DNA of 64,000 nt from Bacteroidia bacterium. GTDB taxonomy: Bacteria > Bacteroidota > Bacteroidia > AKYH767-A > OLB10. The translations under genes were made by a program, and so were the position numbers. Within the stretch, counting starts at the first letter, position 1. Every line of letters starts with the position of its first letter. The notes beneath the pieces were generated by a model that searched no databases, was not told where the DNA came from, and saw nothing but the letters and a program-made list of their open reading frames with translations. Where the stretch lies: the NCBI GenBank assembly GCA_038215705.1, contig JBBQQQ010000004.1:147382-211381 (forward strand). Reading direction: 5' to 3'. Of this stretch, positions 18,893 to 27,317 are shown piece by piece.

Positions 18893-20860
18893 TTAATTTA
18901 CTTCTGCATCAATCCAATCCCCATGTTGGCGGATAAGATCTATTAATTCATCGACAGCAGTTTCGGCATCGATATTCCGTTTAACAACTTCTTTCCCTTT
19001 ATACAGGGTAATTTTTCCGATTCCAACTCCTACATAACCATAATCTGCATCAGCCATTTCCCCGGGACCATTTACGATGCATCCCATAATTCCTATTTTT
19101 AATCCTTTAAGATGATGGGTACGCGACCTGATTTTCGCTGTAGTTTCCTGAAGATCAAATAATGTTCTTCCGCAGGAAGGACAACTAATGTATTCCGTTT
19201 TTGAAATACGTGTACGGGTAGCCTGGAGAATTCCAAATGCAGTGGTGTTGATAGTCTTTTCGGATGCAATACCCGGTGCTTTGATCCACACTCCATCACC
19301 CATACCATCAAGCAATAAGGCACCAATGTCGGTGGCGGCATGCAACTGGAGATCTCTTTCGGAGAGTTGGCGATAATTTCGTTTTATTACAACCGGATTT
19401 TTTACTCCCTGGAGCATTAATTCGATTATAACTCTTCGTTGTTCCGCCATGCCATGCTCATTCGAAGTATCTATAATTAACACTACCGATTCATCATTGT
19501 TTAAAGTCGCAATAAATTTTTGTTCTTCATTGAAAATTACTGATGCATCAATTGCAACAAAATTTACTTCTGAAGATTTATGCAAAGCAGTAAAATACTC
19601 ATTTCCGCAAAATAAAGGATAACAACGTACCGGGTTTTTAATATTTTTCCATGCCTGATTATTAAAAATGAGTCCTAATGTTCCGGGTATTTCAAAATCC
19701 ACTGTATTGTCACCGCAATAAATATAATCACAAGCCTGGTCGCTCAGATTCCATTTATCTGTTGAAACTGCATAATTATATCCAACGGGAAAAAGTGAAG
19801 CTGCTGTGATATTTTTCTTATCGCTGTAATCAGCGATTATGCATGGAACGTTAGTGCCTCCGAGATTATTTACCGGACTAGTTTTCCTGCGTTGATATTC
19901 AAAAGGAGAATAGGGAAGTTCGTTATAATTCCGCACAGGAGGAATTGGTGCGTGCAGCTGGCGGTTTTTATACCGATCAACAAGTGCTTTGGCGACAGGT
20001 ATTTCAAATTCAGGATCTTCAGTTAATGAAACGCGAATGGTATCACCAATTCCATCCTCAAGGAGCGTCCCTATGCCTGCTGCAGATTTAATGCGCCCGT
20101 CTTCACCTTCACCAGCTTCTGTAACACCCAGGTGCAGCGGATAATTCATTCCTGATGCCTGCATTTTTACAATGAGCAACCGATACGCCTGCACCATAAC
20201 CTGTGGATTACTCGATTTCATACTCAGCACAATGTTATGGTAGGATTCATCTTCGCAAATTCGCAAAAATTCCAATGCCGATTCAACCATTCCCAGTGGT
20301 GTATCACCATATCGGCTCATAATGCGGTCACTTAATGAACCATGATTGGTTCCGATACGCATTGCTGTTCCGTACTCTTTGCAAATTTTTACAAGCGGAG
20401 TAAATCGTGTGCGGATCCGTTCTAGTTCCGATTCATACGTCGTATCAGTATAGTTAATGGTTTCAAATTTTTTCTTGTCTGCATAATTTCCGGGATTCAC
20501 CCTTACCTTTTCCACAATACGGGCAGCTAATTCAGCAGCATTGGGCGTGAAGTGAATGTCGGCGATTAATGGTGTGGTGTATCCGCGTTTTTTCAACTCC
20601 CTTTTAATGATTTCAAGATTTTTCGCTTCGTTAATACTGGGTGCTGTGATTCTCACATATTCGCAACCGGCTTCAATCATCCTGATACTTTGTTCCACTG
20701 TAGCCAGCGTATTCATGGTATCGGTAGTAGTCATTGATTGAATCCGTATGGGATGATTGCTACCCAGGGGAACGTCACCAATAACAACTTCACGTGTTAA
20801 AAGTCGCTTATAGCCCGTGAGGCCCTGACAATAAAAAGGGTTTAATTTCAGCGATTCCAT
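18893..20860 (-). CDS. ispG: 4-hydroxy-3-methylbut-2-enyl diphosphate synthase IspG (long form with inserted domain)
   Basis: 655 aa. The N-terminal TIM-barrel half and the C-terminal 4Fe-4S half (CPSCGRT ... GCIVNGPGEMADADYGYVG) are separated by about 250 extra residues, as in the Bacteroidota and plant enzymes. Confidence 0.9.
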   Translation of the reverse strand: MESLKLNPFYCQGLTGYKRLLTREVVIGDVPLGSNHPIRIQSMTTTDTMNTLATVEQSIRMIEAGCEYVRITAPSINEAKNLEIIKRELKKRGYTTPLIADIHFTPNAAELAARIVEKVRVNPGNYADKKKFETINYTDTTYESELERIRTRFTPLVKICKEYGTAMRIGTNHGSLSDRIMSRYGDTPLGMVESALEFLRICEDESYHNIVLSMKSSNPQVMVQAYRLLIVKMQASGMNYPLHLGVTEAGEGEDGRIKSAAGIGTLLEDGIGDTIRVSLTEDPEFEIPVAKALVDRYKNRQLHAPIPPVRNYNELPYSPFEYQRRKTSPVNNLGGTNVPCIIADYSDKKNITAASLFPVGYNYAVSTDKWNLSDQACDYIYCGDNTVDFEIPGTLGLIFNNQAWKNIKNPVRCYPLFCGNEYFTALHKSSEVNFVAIDASVIFNEEQKFIATLNNDESVVLIIDTSNEHGMAEQRRVIIELMLQGVKNPVVIKRNYRQLSERDLQLHAATDIGALLLDGMGDGVWIKAPGIASEKTINTTAFGILQATRTRISKTEYISCPSCGRTLFDLQETTAKIRSRTHHLKGLKIGIMGCIVNGPGEMADADYGYVGVGIGKITLYKGKEVVKRNIDAETAVDELIDLIRQHGDWIDAEVN

Positions 20861-20966
20861 CAGATAGCAAATTTAGTCTAAAACAACCCAGAAGGGCTAT
20901 AGTTTAAGATGGTTTTTTAAAGGGCATGGGAGAAGTGATGTTTTGTGGGAATTAATACTACCTAAA

Positions 20967-20996
20967 TTGATAATATAATTGATAATCAATTATTTG
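20967..20996. promoter_or_regulatory. Fur-box-like AT-rich palindrome upstream of ispG (and the downstream ferritin)
   Basis: TTGATAATATAATTGATAATCAATTATTTG contains two GATAAT hexamers and a near-perfect inverted repeat AATTGATAATCAATT. It resembles the GATAATGATAATCATTATC Fur consensus. Confidence 0.3.
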
Positions 20997-21069
20997 TATA
21001 TAATAAGAATCATGTTTAATGAGCGGCAACCTGAATCCTTTGATATTTCTTAACAAAAAGGCGCAGGAT

Positions 21070-22659
21070 TTATTTTGTTTCGGGCCGGACAAAGATCCGT
21101 TTGGAAAATTGTTGATTTCCGATCATAACTTTAACCACATAAGTACCTTCATACCTGACTTTTTTCCTTATCCAAATGGGTACAAGCTGATAACCTTCTT
21201 TCAGATTACCGGGTAGTTTTTTAATATCAATAATTTTCTCACCCAGGGAAGTATACAATGTTGCAGAAAAATCAGATTTAGTGGTAACATACATGGAAAG
21301 ATAAATTATACCACTGGCCGGATGGTAACTGATTTCACATGAGGATGATCTGTCGGAGGCCGGCACGGAAGGTTTGTTTTTGACGATGGAAAATTCATCT
21401 GCAATAATCCCTTTTGAAGTAAGAAACCGGGCGCGCAGCAGGTTTTCATCTACATCAATTACCATTGAACAATTTGAAGAAAAATCATTAAAATGCATAC
21501 ATGGCATAGGCGCATCAATTTGTTTTCCGGGAAGCTGGCCTGAAGTGCCGCACACTGCATAAACTGTTCCTTCATGGGGAAATTCTTTAATAAATTCAGA
21601 GACGTGTGCACTCATCTTCATTGTGGTATCAAACGTATAGGACGGACCGTTATAACCTCTCATAAAATAACTTCGCTCATTACTGTGCGAATGACCGCTT
21701 AAAACCAGGTCAACTTTAAAAGTCTCAAACAACGGAACCAGATGAGTTCGCATATCAATCAACTCCCGTTCACTATCACTGTCGTGTGAACCTTTACTGA
21801 AGGGAGGGTGGTGGAAATAAATGATCGTCCAGAGTTTTTTGTTGGCGGAAAGATCATTCACCAGCCATTTATACATCGGGCTTCCCGGTTTATTCGAAGC
21901 TCCATAACTGTCGAGTGAAATGCAATGAATGTTTCCATAATTAAATGAATAATACTTCGGTGTGCCGGAAGCGATTCCGCCCGCCTCGCCTTTTTGAGGA
22001 ACAGTGAATATATCAAAGTAGGGAAAGTTGGTAGTGAACGATGCTCTTGAATTATACCCTCTTTCTGAATAATCATGATTTCCCGGTGATGGATAAAGAG
22101 GGAAATGTTTTAGCTCGTCGGGATACATGTTAAATACATAATCCTGGTATTCCTGATCAGTTCCAGAATTGTAGGCATTGTCACCCAGCCAGAGCCATAA
22201 GTTTGTTGGAACGGAATCTAATTGCACATAAGCGTTTTTCACTGCCGACTGATTGGAAGAACCTACTCCAAAATCACCGGTCACCCAGATCCTGATGGGA
22301 GAGGATGCTCCCGAATCGGGAGCTGTGTAAAAATAATTGAGTGAATCTCCCTGCAATCTCTTTGATGTAGTGCCAACCGCATAAAAATACTGCATACTCG
22401 GGGCCAGATTTGATAAGGTTACACTATGTTCTGTAGTGGACTTGTTGCGTATAGCTTCTGAACCGTAATTCACATCCTTACCAAATTCAACTTTAGAATT
22501 AACAGGAATATTTGTTCGCCACCGGACTATAATCGACGATGGTGTTACCTGCTGCAAGTAGGCGCCACGTGTGATAAAAACGGAATCTTGTGCAGACACG
22601 AAATAGGGGAAGATTATGCTGAAAAGAATAACCGGCAGAAGGAGTGTCAGGAATTTCAA
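21070..22659 (-). CDS. secreted calcineurin-like metallophosphoesterase (purple-acid-phosphatase-like) with T9SS C-terminal sorting domain
   Basis: Signal peptide present. Metallophosphatase motifs GDxG/GDNAY/GNHD/GHSH are found. The C-terminal about 80 aa form a beta-sandwich CTD typical of T9SS cargo. Confidence 0.7.
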   Translation of the reverse strand: MKFLTLLLPVILFSIIFPYFVSAQDSVFITRGAYLQQVTPSSIIVRWRTNIPVNSKVEFGKDVNYGSEAIRNKSTTEHSVTLSNLAPSMQYFYAVGTTSKRLQGDSLNYFYTAPDSGASSPIRIWVTGDFGVGSSNQSAVKNAYVQLDSVPTNLWLWLGDNAYNSGTDQEYQDYVFNMYPDELKHFPLYPSPGNHDYSERGYNSRASFTTNFPYFDIFTVPQKGEAGGIASGTPKYYSFNYGNIHCISLDSYGASNKPGSPMYKWLVNDLSANKKLWTIIYFHHPPFSKGSHDSDSERELIDMRTHLVPLFETFKVDLVLSGHSHSNERSYFMRGYNGPSYTFDTTMKMSAHVSEFIKEFPHEGTVYAVCGTSGQLPGKQIDAPMPCMHFNDFSSNCSMVIDVDENLLRARFLTSKGIIADEFSIVKNKPSVPASDRSSSCEISYHPASGIIYLSMYVTTKSDFSATLYTSLGEKIIDIKKLPGNLKEGYQLVPIWIRKKVRYEGTYVVKVMIGNQQFSKRIFVRPETK

Positions 22660-22760
22660 TGCAAAGAATTTTATCTGTAAAGATAAGGACTTAAAAATGC
22701 AGATGTTTTAATAATTGCTGTAAATAAAAAAATTACAACCAGGCAAATAAAGTTAAGAAG

Positions 22761-22779
22761 AAGGAGAACAGTCCTCCTT
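22761..22779. terminator. candidate terminator hairpin downstream of the Kelch-propeller gene (minus strand)
   Basis: AAGGAG-AACAGT-CCTCCTT stem-loop. A T-rich tract follows on the minus strand. Confidence 0.3.
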
Positions 22780-22800
22780 GTACGAAACCGGAGCGTTCGG

Positions 22801-24000
22801 TTACCTGTTAATGTATATTTTTTGTGCGCCCATAAATTGTTGATTCTCCGAATAATTTACAATATACACACCGTTAGCAAGTGCTCCCGGATTTACACGT
22901 CCGGTATTTTTCCAGGATCCTGTTTTTTGACCTTTTAAATTATATAATTCAACCAGATTGTCCATAATGTTTCCTTTCAGGATAATTGATTCTCCATCAA
23001 AGAAAACAGATATCTGGTCTCCGGAAATATTTCCGGTTCCAAGTGATTCAGAAAGTTCCCACAGATCATTCATTCCATTCCCGTTATTAATGCCCGTTGC
23101 AATAAATCCGGAGTTTTGAGTTGTCAAACCAACCGACAGGGTCCGTTCCATTCCGGATGGTAATGCAGGGCCCGGTGTCCAAAGTGCAGTTGCCGGATCG
23201 TACACAAAGAAATTTCCGCTAGTAAAACCGTTGTTCGAATTTCCGCTTCCTACAATTGCCTTTTGGTCCAAAACGATGGAAGTCATTCCGCTTAATTCAC
23301 CCCCGGGATAGGGTGCGATTGATGTCCATGCATCAATTACGGGATCATACCTGTAAAATTCATCATTGAAAATATACACTCCTGCAGATGTTTTAATACC
23401 TCCACCTCCGGTATAGCCCAGGTTGTCAATTGCAAAAGAGGTAGTATAATAAAGCGTACCTCCGGGATAAGATGCTTTTTGCTGCCAGGAATCATTAATG
23501 ATATTATATTCCCAAACTTCATTGGAAAAAGGACCAATAGCGGTGTTATAATTACCTCCCACCAGGAAGGCTTTATGATTTATTAAAAAAACGGAGGCGC
23601 CATATCGTGCAGTTGAAGGTGTTGATGATTTGGTAATCCACATATTTGTTGCCGGATCATATTCTAAAATATCATTATAGAAGATAGCCGGGTTAAAATT
23701 TGCTCCCCAAGCCACATACCCCTTGCCGTTATACGAAAATCCCGTAGCACCATGTCGTGGATTAGGAGTGTTGGCGATTTGAGTCCATGAAAGCGATTGG
23801 GTGTCGAATTTCCAGAAATCCGTTTGGCCGGAAAGATTGAAATTGCCTGCACCTACATACAAAGCGTTGTTTATCGTAAACCCAACAGCGCGGTCCCGGT
23901 TAAGTGTGGGCATGGAAGGTTGCTGTACCCAATTCAGTGTGCTAAAGGCCGGTGTAAAGACAACCAGAAACAGGCAAATTGTGACAATTAGCGTTTTCAT
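22801..24000 (-). CDS. secreted Kelch/galactose-oxidase-like beta-propeller protein with T9SS C-terminal sorting domain
   Basis: Signal peptide present. Repeated Y/W-rich blades (WxxxxxxPxxRxxxxxxxxxxxxYVxGG) are visible. The C-terminus ...GVYIVNYSENQQFMGAQKIYINR is a T9SS type-A CTD. Confidence 0.7.
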   Translation of the reverse strand: MKTLIVTICLFLVVFTPAFSTLNWVQQPSMPTLNRDRAVGFTINNALYVGAGNFNLSGQTDFWKFDTQSLSWTQIANTPNPRHGATGFSYNGKGYVAWGANFNPAIFYNDILEYDPATNMWITKSSTPSTARYGASVFLINHKAFLVGGNYNTAIGPFSNEVWEYNIINDSWQQKASYPGGTLYYTTSFAIDNLGYTGGGGIKTSAGVYIFNDEFYRYDPVIDAWTSIAPYPGGELSGMTSIVLDQKAIVGSGNSNNGFTSGNFFVYDPATALWTPGPALPSGMERTLSVGLTTQNSGFIATGINNGNGMNDLWELSESLGTGNISGDQISVFFDGESIILKGNIMDNLVELYNLKGQKTGSWKNTGRVNPGALANGVYIVNYSENQQFMGAQKIYINR

Positions 24001-24178
24001 AAAGGAGAAATTTAAAATAAAATTACGATTTATTTTTCAAACTGCCTAGACGATCTTTTCCTCAGATGAATTTTCCGCTGTCTTTTGGTGGACATACTTT
24101 TCAGGGCCTTAATCAGATTTTGTTTGGAATTGTTTTTCCATTATCTTTAATTTTTATTCCATAATAAAACTGACCTGC

Positions 24179-26855
24179 ATGAACCGATCACGCTTACTCC
24201 TTTTATTATTCCTGTTAAATTGCTGTACAGGCTTTGCACAGAAAATACTATGGCAGCAAACAGTTGGGGGCAATAAGGAAGATAAAACAATATCGGTGAG
24301 GCAAACAGCCGACGGAGGCTTTGTGTCCGGGGGATGGTCTTCATCCGATATTTCCGGTGACAAAACAGATAGTTGCAGGGGAAACATGGATTATTGGATT
24401 GTTAAGTTTGATGCATATGGAGTCGTTCAATGGGATAAAACATACGGAGGGAATTTCATTGATATCCTTAACACCATTGATCAGACATCCGATGGGGGGT
24501 ACATTTGTGGTGGGATTTCGGGATCTGGTGTTTCCGGTGACAAAACGGAAGGTATTATTGGTTTAAATGACATTTGGATAATCAAATTGGATGCCACAGG
24601 GGCGATTCAATGGCAAAATACCATTGGTGGATTGATGGCAGAATACATATTTTCCATTACTCAAACAGCTGATGGCGGGTATATATGTGGGGCATCCTCC
24701 TCCTCCAATATTTATGGCGACAAGACAGAAAACACGAATGGGATTGCAGGATTTTTGGGTTGTGAAACTTGATGCAGCAGGCAATTTGGAATGGCAAAAT
24801 ACTATTGGTGGAAGCGCAGATGATTTTCTCTATTCGGTTTTGCCAACTCCTGATGGGGGATATATTTGCGGAGGGCGATCTATGTCTGGAATCTCAGGGG
24901 ATAAAACTGAGGTTAGTAACGGTGTTTCAGATTTTTGGGTAGTAAAACTTAATGCTACCGGCGACATACTATGGCAAAATTCTTTTGGAGGAGACGGTTC
25001 TGATGACCTTTATGAGCTGATTTTAACACATGATGGCGGATATTTGACAGGCGGACGGTCATTTTCTACCAAATCAGGTGATAAAACCGAGGAATTGTTT
25101 GGCCTATTTGATTACTGGGTTGTAAAATTAGATTCCACCGGGACCATTCAATGGCAGAATTCTATTGGAGGGAGTGATATGAATGAATTGATGACTCTTA
25201 CCAGTACTTTTGATAACGGGTTTCTTTGCGGAGGCATGTCTCAGTCGTTTATAACAGGCGATAAAAATGAAATATGTCAAGGTCATTATGATTATTGGAT
25301 ATTGAAATTAAATTCCAACGGACAAGTCCTCTGGCAAAATACAATTGGGGGTTCTAATATGGATTACCTTGGTTGGATTGAACCAACAGGGGAAAATGAT
25401 TTCCTATGCGGTGGGTTTTCCAGTTCGAACATTTCAGGAGACAAAACAGAAAATTGCAGCGGATCAACTGATATCTGGATTATTAAAATTTCAGGAAAAA
25501 GGAATATAATATCCGGAACCGCATTTGCTGACTTGAATTCAAGTGGGATAAAGGATCCGGGGGAACCAATTGTTCCTGGCTTGAGAATTGCCGATATTTA
25601 TTCAGGAAATTTTGATTTTACAGACGCTGATGGGTTTTATGCAGTTGCACTCGAAGATACCGGCAATTATGAGGTAGTTGCTCCAACCCTCAATTATTTC
25701 ACAGCCGTGCCTTCCGGTTTTCCGGGATCGTTTTCAGAGTTTCTTGAAACGGATTCGTTGAATGATTTTGCTTTTAAACCTGCCGGAACATTTAATGATT
25801 TATGTGTAAGCAGTACACCTGTCACTGCGTTTCGTTCGGGTATGAATGCAACGTACCGGATAAATTATTCCAATTCAGGTACAACAACACTTAACCCTAC
25901 CGTTATATTCTACCCTGACAGTAATTTATCATTTGCATCCTCTATTCCGGCAGCATCTTCCAGCACACAAGATTCACTGGTATGGAATTTTGGTCCGTTA
26001 ACTCCTTTTGAATCGGGACAGATTTTGGTAACGATGCAAGTTGATTCGGGATTGCCTATTGGTACGCTTATCAATTCGGGTGCAGTTGTAGAGCCACTTG
26101 CGGGAGATGCAAACCTGCTTTGCAACCAGAGTTTCTGGGAAGTGGTTACAACCGGTTCGTATGATCCTAACGATATAATGGTTAACAGGGATACGCTTTA
26201 TGATTTTGAGATAACATCACCTGCGTTTCTTGAGTACGTGGTACGGTTTCAGAATACCGGAAATGATACAGCGTTCTTTGTTAGTGTCAACAATAAAATT
26301 GCTCCGGGTTTGAATTTAAGTTCGTTTGAATTCATTGGTGCATCACACCCATGCACAATTGAGTATCAGAGTTACGATTCCACTTTGAAATTCATCTTCA
26401 ATAATATTTTATTACCTGATAGTAATGTAAATGAACCAGGCAGCAATGGATTTGTAAGGTATCGCATACAACCCCACACTACTTTGGTTCCGGGAGATAT
26501 TATTTCTAACAGCGCAGATATAATATTTGATTTCAACGCTCCCGTTGCTACTAATTCAGCTTTAACCGAAATAGTATTGTACACTTCACTTCAGGAATCT
26601 TCTCCTCCCGGCTTCGCCGTTTACCCCAACCCCGTTACCAATGTAGTGAACGTTGTTTTTAATTTACATGAAAAACAAAATGTTGCCGTCGTACTTTTTA
26701 ATATGTACGGGCAAAAAGTTCAGGAATTGTTTACGGGAGCACTGGAGTCCGGAATTTGGCATAAAGTATTTACATTAGAAAATCTGCCCGGAGGTGTTTA
26801 TGTAATTTCTGTTAACGGATCTTCATTGTGGGGTAAAAGATTAATAAAACTTTAA
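24179..26855 (+). pseudogene. frameshifted gene for a large T9SS-secreted repeat protein (ORF fragments 24179..24772 and 24672..26855 belong together)
   Basis: The 60-aa repeat continues seamlessly from the frame of the 5' ORF into the frame of the 3' ORF. One extra G in ATTGCAGGATTTTTGGG (about 24743..24757) breaks the frame. A signal peptide lies on the first fragment. The second fragment ends in a T9SS CTD (...GVYVISVNGSSLWGKRLIKL). The frameshift could instead be a sequencing error. Confidence 0.6.
24240..25500 (+). repeat. about seven tandem copies of a 180-nt (60-aa) coding repeat
   Basis: Repeat unit consensus DGGYICGG-S-S-ISGDKTE---G--D-W-VKLD--G---WQNTIGG-----L. Seven units are readable in the translation, diverged at the DNA level. 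Confidence 0.7.
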
Positions 26856-26873
26856 AGCTACCGTATTCAAAAT

Positions 26874-27170
26874 TTATTTTATACTTTGAAACAACTCTTC
26901 CTGCTTTATTTCAAAAAGCAGCTGTAATACCTGGTATTTATAAATTTCACCGGTCGGTTTTTGTTTTATAAAACCTTCTTTTACATACTGGGTAAGTTTC
27001 CTTGCCGGGATATCGAGAAGTTTAATTGCATCAGCAGCAGAAATAGTTGTTAATCGCTTTTGTTCCGATGAAATTTCGGCATATAAAGCCTGCCATTCCA
27101 GCAGCAGCCGGAGTGTTTCTTTGGATGGAAAACCGGAGAAAAATTTAAGTTCTCCCTGAGTAATAGCCAT
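26874..27170 (-). CDS. hypothetical small protein, possibly helix-turn-helix DNA-binding
   Basis: 98-aa ORF. The segment TISAADAIKLLDIPARKLTQYVKEGFI looks HTH-like. No other support. Confidence 0.4.
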   Translation of the reverse strand: MAITQGELKFFSGFPSKETLRLLLEWQALYAEISSEQKRLTTISAADAIKLLDIPARKLTQYVKEGFIKQKPTGEIYKYQVLQLLFEIKQEELFQSIK

Positions 27171-27253
27171 AACAATTTATCAAGTTGCAATTATAAGGTT
27201 AATAAAAGTGATTTCAAAATATCAGTCAGTACATATGAAATACCTGATAAGAT

Positions 27254-27285
27254 CAAAAAAAAACGGCAGTCATTGCTGACTGCCG
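27254..27285. terminator. rho-independent terminator for the minus-strand T9SS cargo gene
   Basis: CGGCAGTCA-TTGC-TGACTGCCG perfect 9-bp stem, immediately preceded on the + strand by A9 (a U-run on the minus strand). It lies about 35 nt past the stop of the 27318.. gene. Confidence 0.5.
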
Positions 27286-27317
27286 CGATTCGAAAAGTAA
27301 TAGACCTAACCACAAGT

